64,000 bases of DNA from Octopus bimaculoides (GCF_001194135.2 NC_069007.1:10709536-10773535), one strand, 5' to 3'; shown: positions 47,801 to 61,414, numbered from the stretch's first letter. Numbers and translations are program-made. The notes: generated from the letters alone by a model not told the origin.

Positions 47801-49179
47801 ATAAGCAATAAAAATGAAATTTCATGAAGATCTATTCAAATTGGAATCCAGATTTATTTCATACCAAACAAGATGGTCCTCAGGTTTTGGTTACACAAAA
47901 ACACAAGGCCAAACCTCGTGCTGGCTTATGAGATTCGTTTACTATGGTCTTGGCAGATATCTATGACAATTGGCAGCATTCGCAGGGCTGTTAGCTGGAG
48001 AATTTGTATATCTGTAACAACAGATCTATGAGTCACACCTCCTCGTACAACTTGTGGCTACTGGAATACCATAGGTTCGTTAGTCAGAGCTGACGTCAGG
48101 TTACACAATACCAACAATAAGTGATGAAAACAAGGGAGACGCTTTGTAGGCACAGGGTCTGCTAGAGACAGCAGCCAAATCTCCATCCAATCACACTCTA
48201 GCAGCTTAAATATTAAAAGCCCCATTGGCTAATGACTGAATAAAAAAAATGATCCTCACAACTGACTTGAGGCTACATAACAACACTGCCCTACACCTCT
48301 TTACATTCCTCTTTGGATAAAATAGTCCAGGACAGAGAACGCTTGAAGGAAGGTCATGTTTAAGTTACCTCTGAATAATTTTTTGGTTTTTCTGCGTATG
48401 TGAGGAAGAAACTTATTCTTTTCATAAGGATCAGAAATGTAAGTATTTGGGGTTTTTTTTTTTGGTACTAATTTACTTGTTCTTTTAATTCTCCTTTTAA
48501 AATCTGTTATTTTTTTCTTCTTTCAGATGTTAAGCTTAAGAACTTAAAAATGAAGGAAGAAGCCTCAACCAATCGTGTTTGCTCCAAGGCACATTGAATT
48601 CTAATACCAGTCACTAGAATTGTATTCAATTTAGGGATCATTTATTTTTTTTTAAAGTTTAATAACACTCTTTATATTCCTTGCACTATTTTCCAGACTT
48701 TGACATTAAACTACAGCAGTATTATGCAAATTTATGGTCCATTCTGACACAACTATTTTATTAATCAAGAATTCATTACTTACACATCACTCTCTTTCAT
48801 AATTAATTGAATTAGCTGTTAATCTCTGATCTCAGAATTGAGTTGAATTCTTGATCAAACCGTTGATATAAACAGAAAAAACAAACAAAAACTTTTTAAA
48901 AACTGTTATCAGTGCTCCAATGAATATTATTCAGTACCTAAAATTAGAATAGTGATTTGACAGAGAACACAGAGTATCAACCAGTTTAATATTATGCAAT
49001 ATTTTAGTTCAGTCGCTCTATAGAAAACAAATATTTTGCCGTATACTAAAGGGTGATTCAGTTGTTCATTTGCTCATACTGTTGCAGAAATTGACTTTTT
49101 TTTGCTTAATCAAAAAAAAAAAAAAAATAATAAATATATTAATTAATTGTAATTGAGCCATTTGTAGAGGTGTCCAAAA

Positions 49180-50031
49180 ATGTTGGCGTCCAGCGCTGGT
49201 CATGCTTGGAAATTTATGCTTCCTTTGTTAACCACATGTCGTTATCATCATTGTTTGGTATTGCCTAAACCTTTGTCCAGAATTGGCAAGCCTTCCATCA
49301 CTGACAAATGCCTGGTCAGAATTAAAACGTTTTTTAATCCACTGTCAGAAAATTTTAGAAAAACTTCTACCTCTGCTTCCAACTGTAGTCTTTTAAAATG
49401 TTCCTCAGGACCGTTGTCTTGTCAGCTGTCTCCTGCGTATACGTCATCACCTGTTATGTCCTGGAAATCCCTTGAATGTCGACATGCATCCACTGATTCT
49501 ACAAAAAATGAAGACAAATTTAAGATTATAATGGCAACATCTATATTAAAAGAACTCAGACATGCTCCTACACCTGCTCTAGTTCTCGGAATCTCAGGAC
49601 TTATACCTTTTGTGTCGTTCCCCGTTTATATGTTTATGTCCGATGTTTACATGCCTGAAATGGCTTTAGCTCAAGCTACGTATGGTGCTGTGATTTTGTC
49701 ATTTCTTGGAGGTGTCAGGTGGGGCACTGCTATTTCGTATAGCAGCATCATCAAACCAGACTGGAATAACTTAGGCCAGGCTGTGGTGCCTTCCCTGGCT
49801 GGTTGGTCAGCAATTCAGCTATCTTGCCCTGCTTCAACAATGATACTGGCTGGTGGCTTTGCTTGCCTTGCCTACTATGACATGGCTTTTACACCATATC
49901 TACCTTGGTTCAGAGCCTTGCGGTTGTTTCTCAGTGGCATCGCTGTGTTGGCACTGTGCAGTGACCTACTGTGTTACTTGATTCTGCTTTCAAGTGCTGA
50001 CAAAGCAAAGCGAGAAAGCCAAACTTGCTAG
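49180..50031 (+). CDS. TMEM69: Transmembrane protein 69 (DUF3429 family), 283 aa, single coding exon
   Basis: Contains the family motifs PTPALVLGISGLIPF and YGAVILSFLGGVRWG and several hydrophobic helices. The acceptor tttgtag at 49161-49167 lies just upstream of the ATG. Confidence 0.9.
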   Translation: MLASSAGHAWKFMLPLLTTCRYHHCLVLPKPLSRIGKPSITDKCLVRIKTFFNPLSENFRKTSTSASNCSLLKCSSGPLSCQLSPAYTSSPVMSWKSLECRHASTDSTKNEDKFKIIMATSILKELRHAPTPALVLGISGLIPFVSFPVYMFMSDVYMPEMALAQATYGAVILSFLGGVRWGTAISYSSIIKPDWNNLGQAVVPSLAGWSAIQLSCPASTMILAGGFACLAYYDMAFTPYLPWFRALRLFLSGIAVLALCSDLLCYLILLSSADKAKRESQTC

Positions 50032-51186
50032 TGAATGTGAAAATGATTCCTCCCACCCATTTAGGAGCCACTCCCTAAATGTTTAACTGAATTTTGTTTT
50101 GGGTCAAGATTATCATCTGTGATGGTGCCTTTACTGAGTTGAGTCCATGTTGTGTTCTTCCCCATTTCTTAAATAATGTGTTATGTTTGTGTATAGATGT
50201 GAACAGCAAATTGCTCAGGTGTAAGGGAAGCCTTTACTACTTTTCCTTGTGTGTGTGTGTGTGTGTGTATGTATCTTATTTTCCAAGCGTTATCTCTGTA
50301 TTTATATGTGTGTATACACTCAATTATTTGAAATTGAGACTTCTCTCTCACTACTCTGAGTTTTTTGAATAAATGATTAAACTCTGGCATATTGAGTCTT
50401 TTTCCTCCATCATCTGGAAATTTAAATGCTTGCACACACACACACACACACACACACACAGATCCCTGTATATAATATATGTAGATGTAGGTATTTTCTT
50501 TTTAAAGGAGCACTCCGTCGGTTATGGCAAGGGTTCCATTTGATCCGATCAACGGAACAGCCTGCTCGTGAAATTAACGTGCAAGTGGCTGAGCATTCCA
50601 CAGACATGTGTACCCTTAACGTAGTTCTTGGGGATATTCAGCGTGACACAGTGTGACAAGGTTGGCCTTTTGAAATACAGGTACTACTCATTTTTGCCAG
50701 CTGAGTGGACTGGAGCAACATGAAATAAAGTGTCNNNNNNNNNNNNNNNNNNNNNNNNNNNNNNNNNNNNNNNNNNNNNNNNNNNNNNNNNNNNNNNNNN
50801 NNNNNNNNNNNNNNNNNNNNNNNNNNNNNNNNNNNNNNNNNNNNNNNNNNNNNNNNNNNNNNNNNNNNNNNNNNNNNNNNNNNNNNNNNNNNNNNNNNNN
50901 NNNNNNNNNNNNNNNNNNNNNNNNNNNNNNNNNNNNNNNNNNNNNNNNNNNNNNNNNNNNNNNNNNNNNNNNNNNNNNNNNNNNNNNNNNNNNNNNNNNN
51001 NNNNNNNNNNNNNNNNNNNNNNNNNNNNNNNNNNNNNNNNNNNNNNNNNNNNNNNNNNNNNNNNNNNNNNNNNNNNNNNNNNNNNNNNNNNNNNNNNNNN
51101 NNTATTTGGTTGATTAAAAATGTAATGGCAAGTATTTATTGACCTTTTTCTTTCCTTTAAAAATCAGCATGAACTTTCCGGATAAC

Positions 51187-51224
<38 letters not shown>

Positions 51225-51627
51225 GCATGTGTGTAAAATGGTTGATGTTAGGAAGGGCATCCAGCCGTAGAAACCAAATTAAATCAGACTGAAACCAGCT
51301 CTGGTCAAACTGTCCAACCCATGCCAGCATGGAAAATGGATGATGATGATGATAGTGACGATGATATAGGTATATATGCGAGTATCAAAATGGTATAGGT
51401 GACTCTATTTCAACCAGCTTTAACAGGCTTAGGGGTGCGAGGGGATCTATTTTAAAACGGGGGCCACATTTTTCATTAATGTTTTACGNNNNNNNNNNAA
51501 TAAAGTGTCTTGCTCAAGGACACAATGCGTCACCAGGAATTGAACTCACGGCCTTACAATTGTGAGCTAAATGCCCTAACCACTAAGCCATGTGCCTTCA
51601 CATGTTGTGTGTGTGTGTATGTATGTA

Positions 51628-51829
51628 TATTAGGTTGTCTGGAAAGTTTGTGCCGATTTATTTGCTATGAAACCACCCCAATTCTGGGAAGAGGGTATTT
51701 TCAAGTTAAAGGAAAGATGGAGACGCATTGTGCAACAAAATGGTTCATATTTGGTTGATTTAAAATGTAATGGCAAGTATTTATTGACCTTTTTCTTTCC
51801 TTTAAAAATCAGCATGAACTTTCCGGATA
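51628..51829 (+). mobile_element. Short mariner derivative; a duplicate 3' end lies at 51103-51192
   Basis: The TIR TATTAGGTTGTCTGGAAAGTT pairs with AACTTTCCGGATAACCCAATA. It encodes the mariner C-terminus KPPQFWEEGIFKLKERWRRIVQQNGSYLVD. Confidence 0.75.
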
Positions 51830-52549
51830 NNNNNNNNNNNNNNNNNNNNNNNNNNNNNNNNNNNNNNNNNNNNNNNNNNNNNNNNNNNNNNNNNNNNNNN
51901 NNNNNNNNNNNNNNNNNNNNNNNNNNNNNNNNNNNNNNNNNNNNNNNNNNNNNNNNNNNNNNNNNNNNNNNNNNNNNNNNNNNNNNNNNNNNNNNNNNNN
52001 NNNNNNNNNNNNNNNNNNNNNNNNNNNNNNNNNNNNNNNNNNNNNNNNNNNNNNNNNNNNNNNNNNNNNNNNNNNNNNNNNNNNNNNNNNNNNNNNNNNN
52101 NNNNNNNNNNNNNNNNNNNNNNNNNNNNNNNNNNNNNNNNNNNNNNNNNNNNNNNNNNNNNNNNNNNNNNNNNNNNNNNNNNNNNNNNNNNNNNNNNNNN
52201 NNNNNNNNNNNNNNNNNNNNNNNNNNNNNNNNNNNNNNNNNNNNNNNNNNNNNNNNNNNNNNNNNNNNNNNNNNNNNNNNNNNNNNNNNNNNNNNNNNNN
52301 NNNNNNNNNNNNNNNNNNNNNNNNNNNNNNNNNNNNNNNNNNNNNNNNNNNNNNNNNNNNNNNNNNNNNNNNNNNNNNNNNNNNNNNNNNNNNNNNNNNN
52401 NNNNNAAATTGTCTTATTTCGATAATTTCAACCAATCACTGACAAGTATTCAGTTGTTTACATTTACTCCTTTGGCTGATTAAGTGATGTAAAGCGTATT
52501 TAATCTCCATACCTTCGTTTTATTTGCTTTTTTCATTTTAAATTTGCTT

Positions 52550-52592
52550 TAACCCTAACCCTAACCCTAATCCTAACCCTAGGGTTAGGGTT
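52550..52592. repeat. Interstitial telomere-type repeats, (TAACCC)5 then (AGGGTT)2, inside a TIR element at about 52407-52700
   Basis: Directly visible. The flanks TTCAACCAATCACTGAC and GTCAGTGATTGGTTAAA are inverted repeats. Confidence 0.8.
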
Positions 52593-53440
52593 AATTGTTT
52601 CAGAATCGTTTGTTTATGTAGTCGGCACTTAATGTATATCGGCTGAATGGACGTCAGTGATTGGTTAAAATTACAGAAATACGACAACTTTAACATGGAA
52701 TAAGTTATGGATTTCTTTTTTTTTAAAGAAGACTAAGAGAAAAAGATGTTTTATATGACACATTCTACCAGTGTTCCAAGTTTCAAAGTGTTTCGTTAAT
52801 GAAAAATGTGGCCCCCGTTTTAAAAAAGATCCGTGTGAGGCAAAGAAGAAAAACAGTTGGAAATATACTGCTTGCAATGACCTGTAATCCTTAGACTTGC
52901 AATGTCTGCATGCGTCTTGACAAATCATAGGCGGGACTCAAATGTCACACTTGACATAAGCATTGGGACTAACAAAGAATGTTAATACAACATTATCAAG
53001 GTTATCCAAAATGGCAAAAGTCCAACAGAACATTTGAAAAAATTTAGCAGTTCATAAACGCTAACAAAACATAAAGGCTGAAATTAAAATCAACCTAAGA
53101 CATTTCTTCATTCAACTAATAGTGATGTCATTGAATAATGAAATTGTTTTACACGAACACACTTGTACTTTCACATAAACACATTTCCCAGTCATCACAA
53201 TAGTATTTATCCTACTTCTTCAAATTATGGGATTCTGCAGCTCTTGGTGAGCCAAATCAGAGATGCAGTTTATGTGGGTATCTTTTCAATACATTGTCTG
53301 GTTTAAAAAGCCACATCAGACTCCATGATGGATCTAAGGTGTAAAGGTACAGGAGGTGGTCAAACTCTGCATAAGGAGTAGACAACCACCATATATATAT
53401 ATATGTATGTATGAAATATAATAGTATGAGTGTGTAGGTA

Positions 53441-53672
53441 GAGGTGAGCTGGCAGAATTGTTAGCACGCTGGGTAAAATGCTTAGTGGTATTTCGTCTGT
53501 CTTTGCGTTCTGAGTTCAAATTCCACTGAGATCGACTTCGCCTTTCATCCTTTCAGGGTCGATAAATTAAGTACCAGTTATGTACTGGGGTTGATGTTAT
53601 CGACTTAATCCCTTTGTCCTTGTTTGTCCCCTCTATATTTAGCTCCTTGTGGGCAATAAAAAAATAAGAAAC
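53441..53672 (+). mobile_element. Family A SINE, full length, tail ..CCTTGTGGGCAATAAAAAAATAAGAAAC
   Basis: Complete head, body and tail in sense orientation. Confidence 0.88.
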
Positions 53673-56600
53673 TGTGTTGTGATTGATGAGGTGGAAATAT
53701 TCGTGGCACTCTGTCGGTTATGCTGATGAGGGTTCCAGTTGACCCGATCAGCAAAACAGTCTGCTTGTGAAATTAATGTGTAAGTGGCTGAGCACTCCAC
53801 AGACACGTGTACCCTTAATGTAGTTCTCAGGGCGATTCAGTGATAAGGCTGGCCCTTTTAAATACAGGTACAACAGAAACAAGAAAAAAGAGTGAGAGAA
53901 AGTTGTGGTAAAAGAGTACAGCAGGGTTCGTCACCCTCCCCTGCTGGAGTCTCGTGGAGCTTTAGATGTTTTCACTCAATAAACACTCACAAAGCCTGGT
54001 CTGGGAATCGAAACTGCAATCCTACGACTGTGAGTCTGCTGCCCTAACCACTGGGCCATTGCACCTTCACCGTGGTGGCAGAAATATACATAGGAGAATA
54101 AATGTGTTGACAATGAATTTACTGACCCCAATGGAATGGGAGGATAGAAATTTTTTGTGAATTGTTGGAAATGTCTTTAATTTAGAGAAGAGTTGTTTAC
54201 AAATTCTTTTGAGTGAGTGTCAGGTGTGAACAAAAGTTGTTTCTCTTTTTTTGCAGTAATGAATTTCTGTAAAGGTACATGGCTCAGTGGTTAGAGCGTC
54301 GAGCTTACGATCATGAGGTTGTGAGTTCAAATCCCGGACCAGGCTGCGTGTTGTGTTCTTGAGTTCACTCAGCTGTAGAAATGAGTTGCAACGTCGCNNN
54401 NNNNNNNGCAACGTCGCAGGTGCCAAGCTGTATCAGCCTTTGCCTTTCCCTTGGATAACATCAGTGGCATGGAGAGGGGAGGCCGGTATGCATGGGTGAC
54501 TGCTGGTCTTCCATAAACAACCTTGCCCAGACTTGTGCTTGGGAGGGTAACTTTCTAGGTGCAATCCCATGGTCAGTCATGACCAAAGGGGGTCTCAGCA
54601 ATGAATTTCTATGTGTTTAGAATCTTCAGACACATAGGCAGTCTACAAAATGACCAAGTGAAGTAAAATGTTGGGTTACAGATCCGTCCTGCAGTGGAGA
54701 ATATTATGATATCCATAAAAACTATCACTAAATAGTGTTCAGTTTTACCTACATACACTGCATTGCAAAGTTTGCATGTAATGCAGTCGAAGAGGTTGGT
54801 AGAAGTACAGCTAGAATTGTGACTGATTTGTTAATAGGCTCGTTAATTGGCTTGTTAATTAGAAATTATGGACAAGTGCTAGTTTTAATGGGAGAGTGAC
54901 CAAACAAAAGAAGAAATTTAGTGTGCAGATATATGTGTACCTTGTAGCTGATAGCTATGACTTTCTAAAATGCATTGGTATCAACTGTGGTTACTAATGA
55001 TTAAAGAATGAGATTGTCTCTCATTGGATTTGGTGTAGAATTTGAAGAACTTGCTGCAGAATCAGTAGGGATCAGAGGACTTGGAAAGATGGTAGATTTG
55101 GTAATGATGGAGTGATAGGAAGGATAGTTGAGAGAGGATGGGAATCAGTGAACTTAGAGTAGAGATGGATAAGAAGATATTAAAAGCAAAAGAGAGATCT
55201 AGAAAACTGACGAAAATACATTTACATATCCAAACTCACATGTGTAATTCTTGAAGAAGTAGACCACAACTAGTTAATAGCTGCATGTACACATGAGCGC
55301 ACACACAAACACGCCCGCATGCATGTTTCCTTTGTACAACACTCAAAAATGCATGGCTTAGTGGTTTGCTTCGGTATCTTGAATACTTGGGTTCAATTAC
55401 ACAATGTGGAATTTTGGGTAAGTGATTTTTACTGTTGTGTCAGTTCGACCCAAACCCTGTAAATGAAATTGGATGGACAGAAAATGTGTGAAACCTAACG
55501 GAAGGATTGCACTTGTAACTGAAAAGTTCAGCCTTGTCACATTGTTTGGTCTGAGAATTACATTAAGAGTATATATATTTGTAGAAATCCTACCCGTTTA
55601 CACATTAGTTAGTGAATAATTCAGTTAAATGAACAACTGGAATACTCATCGTTGGAACTGACTGAGATCCATTTGTTACATAGCTATGTACTTGTAATAA
55701 AATATTTATTAAATGGCTTTTCGCCGACAGCAACTTTCACTAGTTCACTAGGTGTACATATAACGGTTAGGTTTAGTTTTAAGGTAGACAACTCCACGAT
55801 TTCATTGTTATGACAACTGAGTTATTTACCTCGAGTAAAAAAATTTTTTAAAAATTGATGTGGAAAATTTCCAGGCACAACACCCCAAATTTGGACGAAA
55901 GGGGACAGTTTATTATCTTGATCCTGGACAGATGGAAGGTGAAGTTTATCTGAGTGGGATTTTAACTCAGAATGTAACCAGTCTTAACAAATATTGTCTG
56001 ATGCTCTAAGGATTCTACCAATATACTGTTATGATACATGCTATTGTGCTCCCGGTCAACTCTGGCCAAGTGGACCTCTTATGATAAAAGACATTCTAAT
56101 CAGCCCTCGCCATTCTATATTTTTCAACAGAGTCAAGGCTCAGTGCATTTTCACAATACTTTCTAATGTGTCCAAAATGTTTTAAAGATAGAATAGGTAT
56201 GAATGTTGCACAGTCCAAATTTTGGAGTGGCTGGATGGCTTTTTACTCCCTTCTGCAAAAAGATCAAGTTCCTGTATACTGGATACTTTTGATATTGTGT
56301 CCAAAACTAACAATTTTTCTAAGTATCAAAGTAGCACTGGAAACTGTTTTTTGGTAATCATGGATGTTTCTTCTTGACCATGACAAGAGGGAGGAAGCAT
56401 GCATGAATGCTTTTGAAAAACAGTAAAGCAAAAGTATTCTATCTAATTTTCTCCATAAATTATTGAAGTTTGTGTTACAAAGAAACACAAAATTTGGCTA
56501 AAAAATTTTACCCACAGACGAGGTGATGCCCAAAGGGTAACTCTATGCTGTTAATTTCACTAACATCTTCATGACAAAATTTGATTCACAGTTAATGGAG

Positions 56601-56859
56601 ACATTCAAATTCCTGCAAGGTAATGAACCAACACTCTGATTATGGTCCATTGGTGATGTCTTTTTTGTTCAAGAAGGCTCACAGGATAGTTAACTTCTTG
56701 CATTTCCATAACTGTTTTGCAAAAATTCTCATCTAGTTTTTTCAAAAACTAGCATCAAATTTTTGGACACAGAAGTTTTCTGAAGGCCAAATAATGACAG
56801 TTATTTTGCAAACCCGTGTCATCTCACATTTACTTTTACCACCACTTTGATCATCTACA

Positions 56860-57374
56860 TCCGGTGTCACCAAACTTTTTCCAGGGTGCGCCAGATAACT
56901 GAGAGAATGATGTGTGCAGGCCGCTTAACCATTTTGTTCAATAGAATACAGTGAATACACAAAAATAAAGACAACCAACATATTTATTTACCAAACATTT
57001 ATCAAAGAAGGCGACATTAGCAATAAGATGGATATATCACACCCAGTGTACACAAACTAAGCAGCAAAAAAGGTTAGTGAGGTTTGTGAAATTGATGTTT
57101 AGCTTTTAAGATATCATCAATATTTGTTTTGGAATTGCTGCATCCAACCAAGGGAATTGCTTTCAAATGTTCATCAGTTGACCTCGTTCAATGTGCTGAC
57201 TTCACTTCACACTCTTCATTATTGAAAATGTTTGCTCACAGACATAAGTTGTTCCAAACACTGATGCCATACCAGAGGCAAATGAACTCTCATTGAAGAT
57301 ACTTACACAAAAGGTACAGTGTGGTGGCGGGCTGGGTGAACTGACCTCGCAGGCTGTAGTTCGGTGACCCCATG
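56860..57374 (-). mobile_element. hAT (Buster/Charlie-type) relic with dimerisation-domain remnant
   Basis: Termini GTGTCACCAAACT and AGTTCGGTGACCCC. Minus-strand translation gives ASVFGTTYVCEQTFSIMKSVK. Confidence 0.7.
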
Positions 57375-59475
57375 ATCAACATCATACAATTAAGTCAAAA
57401 CTGAAATCCAAGTTTTTGAGAATAAAACTGGAAACATACAAATGCTTATGTAAGCTGTTATGTAAAATGCAGTTATAGTGAATCATGATTAAAGGAAATC
57501 ACAATGACAGCTAAAATTAGCAAAGAAAGGCAAACTTCCACACATAATTTTAGCAGCCAAAATAAAAATGGTGATCCAGCTTCTTTAGTGCTTAAATGGC
57601 AATGGAATTTCACTGGAATTTCAAAAGTTTTGCATAAACGTTACCAGCCTATTTCAGAAAAATGTCCTCATTTCAAATAAATATTCCCTCATCTGCCTAT
57701 TGCAGCCTTTAGATGGAATAAAAATATAAAAGAACCATTAACCCCCTACTTCTAATCCCAATAAAAGTACCATTGGAGTTTCTTAATATTGTATCCCAAA
57801 AAGCAGCTGCAAGAGAGGTAAGTCCTGTCCCTTGTGCAAGAACATGAGTGAAGCAAACTCCATCATAAATTATAGCAGAAATGATATGACTTATACAATT
57901 TGATTTGTACAACAGAACAATAAAATAAAAGATTCCATGGGCATAGATATGACATCAGGCCCAATAACAGAAGTTTGATGGAACCTGCCAAACATTTTAC
58001 ATGAAATGGCTGTAATTTTGTGGAACACCTGAAAGTACACATTCTCAGAAAATATATTTGTGAATTGCTAACATCACACCCTGGAGGAATGAATAAAATT
58101 ATTGGAGAATTCCATTTTATTGACACAAAACTTTTCGACTAAGTGTTCTCTTTCCTGTTCATTTTTCTCTTCTTTCTTTCTTTTTCTAATTATGTTACTA
58201 ATTATGGAAAAGGGAAAACTGATGATGTCATTTTTTTTAAAAACAGAATGTAGGATATTCCCCTTCATACTTTNNNNNNNNNNNNNNNNNNNNNNNNNNN
58301 NNNNNNNNTGACAGACACAAACATTGTCCACTTAACCCATTACCTCACATAATTCTATTAACTGCAATTTTTTTATGAAACTTTGATTTCTAGCATAAAA
58401 CAGCCTTAGAAACACGCTGGAATGATCAAAATAACATTTCAAAATAACATTCTAAATAGAAATAAGCGAGATATTGGGTGAAAAATTAGCAAACCTCATT
58501 TGAACATCAGAGAAATATACCTAGTAGATATAGCAAAAAGGTTAGATATGTGTAAATATTGATAGATAATTACGAAATTTGTAATTTTTAAGTGATCTCA
58601 TATGAGATCACTGGGAGGTAATGGGTTAAATAAACAGAGTCAATCTCTGTTTATTACAAACCCTATTGTGCTCTTCTTATTGTTTATTTACCTTTGTGAA
58701 GAGTTACATGGGTCTTCATAGATTAATAATGGTTTAGAATTTTGGCATAAAGCCAGCATGTTTGGAGGAGGGGCGAAGATCCTTGTGACTTTCTCCCTGC
58801 TTTATGAACTTTATGTCACTTCCTGCATCTTCCTCTCTTGCCCTTCTTCCTCATAAATGTATACTTTCTTCTCCAGGCCATCTTACATATATCTTGTATC
58901 TAATAGGTACCTTAAGTCTGCAAGGATTTAAAATATGGAAACTTTATGATAGTTACAGAAATCCACCACTGTAAGAATGCATGTAAGTTCAAAGTTTAGA
59001 CATCAGTTACAGGTGACTTTTGTGGTTCACCAACATTATCAAAGTGGCACACTAAAAAACTGTTCCTGACATTGAACTGGTGGTCACCTTCAGTAATCTT
59101 GACCACATACATGCACGCAACACCAAATCAATGTTTGCATACCAATGCTATCGGAGACCAAATAGATTCAGTGTGCAGGGGCTGACCAGATATGTTTTAC
59201 ATAGTTATACTAGAACACAATAAATATAACATTACTCCAACCACATTGTGTTGTTATGCCTTTGTGGCTTTGTTACTCTATAGCTTCTTTGCAGTTCCAC
59301 ACCTCAATAAGTTAGCATGATCGGAAGTATGAGACATGAATATTCGCTGTTGTAGGAGTTGGGGAAATCGATGATATTGATCTGTTATAATTATTATCAT
59401 CAAGGACTTCATGATCAAATGGTGGCTCAACAAGGGATGGAGAAGCTGGTGGTATTGACCTATTGATAACATTAT

Positions 59476-59908
59476 TCATTCCTACTCTAGGCACAAAGCC
59501 CGAAATTTCAGGGGAGTGGGCCAGTCAATTAGATCGACCCCAGTATGCAACTGGTACTTAATTTATCAACCCCGAAAGGATGAAAGGTAAAGTCGATCTC
59601 GGTAGAATTTGAACTCAGTACATAAAGACAGATGAAATACCGCTAAGCATTTCACCTGGCATGCTATTGTTTCTTATTTCTTTATTGCCCACAAGGGGCT
59701 AAACATAGAGGGGACAAACAAGGTCAGGCAAAAGGGATTAAGTCGATTACATCAGCCCCAGTGCCTAACTGGTACTTAATTTATCGGCCCTGAAAGGATG
59801 AAAGGCAAAGTCAACCTTGGCGGAATTTGAACTCAGAATGTAACGGCAGACGAAATACCGTTAAGCATTTCGCCTGGCATGCTAATGTTTCTGCCAGCTC
59901 GCTGCCTT
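59476..59908 (-). mobile_element. Two family A SINEs in tandem or nested, inside one 16-bp TSD
   Basis: The TSD CTATTGATAACATTAT lies at 59460-59475 and 59909-59924. The two SINEs carry different tail types. Confidence 0.88.
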
Positions 59909-61414
59909 CTATTGATAACATTATCATTAGCAGATGTGCTTGACAAAGGATATTTAGGAACTGCTTGGTCAAATGATGCTAAACTTTTTAATTTTCTCAT
60001 TTAATTCAGTTGTATTTCTGCAAGCATGAATCTAACAACATGTAACATCAGAAAATTTTATTACTCTGTTCTAGCTATGAATTATTGGTTAAACTTGATA
60101 AAAAGGGGTTTACTGCTACTTTTAATTATCTGTCAAGTAATTTCTCATCTGGATATAATTTGCGAGCACCACATGCACTTCACTGGTTGAAAAGAACCTT
60201 TAGCAAATAGCCATCAAATTTTCCAGTTGATTGACTGTAACCTTTAAGTGCCAATTTGATTGTTTGCCCAGCCCTTTCGTCTGCACCATTACATTTTGGA
60301 CAGAAGGTAGGACTTTCAGTTTTCTTGTAACCAAGTCAGTTTAACCAATGAATTCAGATTCATTAGCTGACACAACTGTTACAGGCACTAAAATCTCAAA
60401 AAATAGATATTTTCTTAAATTTTCAAATTTTTTTTTGAGCATTAAATAGGTTTCCAATCAATTAGTGACCATGTTATCTAGATCAACACATTCCCAGCAT
60501 TTTGTACATCATCATCATCATCGTTTAACGTCCGCTTTCCATGCTAGCATGGATTGGATGGTTTGACTGAGGACTGGTGGACCAGGTGGCTACGCCAGGC
60601 TCCAATCTAATTTGGCAGAGTTTCTACAGCTGGATGCCCTTCCTAACACCAACCACTGCTTTACTTTTATAGAGTTCAGCCAGAGGTTGTGGCCATGCTA
60701 AGGCACCACTTTTAGAGCATATATAATTTTTCAGAGGGCTGTGATATAGGTTATTTATTAGTTGTACAAATAAGCCTTTTGATATGATCTTGGCACACAG
60801 TATCAAAAGATTTGACAAATTCATCAGTATCTATACTGAGGTTAGGTTACTAAACACAGTCCAAGCTTTCTTTAATATTTGTAATATATCCATGTGTGTG
60901 TGTGTGTACTGTATAGATAATAACTAGCTTGAATTCTGAACTATATCAAATTAAATGTTTATCAGTAAATTTAATCATTAATATAAACTTTGTTAACAAC
61001 AAAACTAAAATGATGGAGGACACTGCACCAGTATCCTATTGCATATGAAGTGGGTCTTTGGTCGGTTTACAATTAAGTGTGGAAAGATATTTTGCATAAG
61101 ATTCTGGAATAAACAACTAGTTTTTATGAGATTATTGTCTATTGTCAGTTCAGAGAAATATTAAGTAAATTGTTATTAAAAATAACAAACACAAAAGAGT
61201 TGGTGAAAACCAATATATTCAATAAAGTGATTTCTAAATCAGATGTGAAGGTTATAAGTGTTAAAATGATATTTAATGTCTTTAACTAATTAAGCATCAT
61301 CAAATATTAATTATCATTATATTTGTCAGAATGTAATGTAATTGTAAAGAATACTGTACCAAAATGTTCTGAGTCATATTTTAGTCTAAGAGTATGAATG
61401 TCTTAACCAGAAAT

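Noticed and set aside
47860-48110. Membrane-protein-like phrase (..QLAAFAGLLAGEFVYL)
   Set aside because: There are multiple stops and no identifiable parent, so a pseudogene call cannot be supported.
51103-51829. Near-identical 80-bp duplication at 51103-51190 and 51748-51829
   Set aside because: Both copies abut N gaps and are mariner ends. A haplotype or contig-overlap artefact is likely.
52550-52592. Chromosome end-to-end fusion scar
   Set aside because: The repeat order is the reverse of a fusion and the tract lies inside a TIR element.
54388-54417. GCAACGTCGC repeated on both sides of a 10-N gap
   Set aside because: This is a contig-overlap artefact inside a SINE.
57706-57817. Apparent plus-strand exon with a tgcag acceptor and GAG|GTAAGT donor
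   Set aside because: The long open frame (KYKRTINPLL..) is preceded by in-frame stops within the putative exon, and no neighbouring exons were found.
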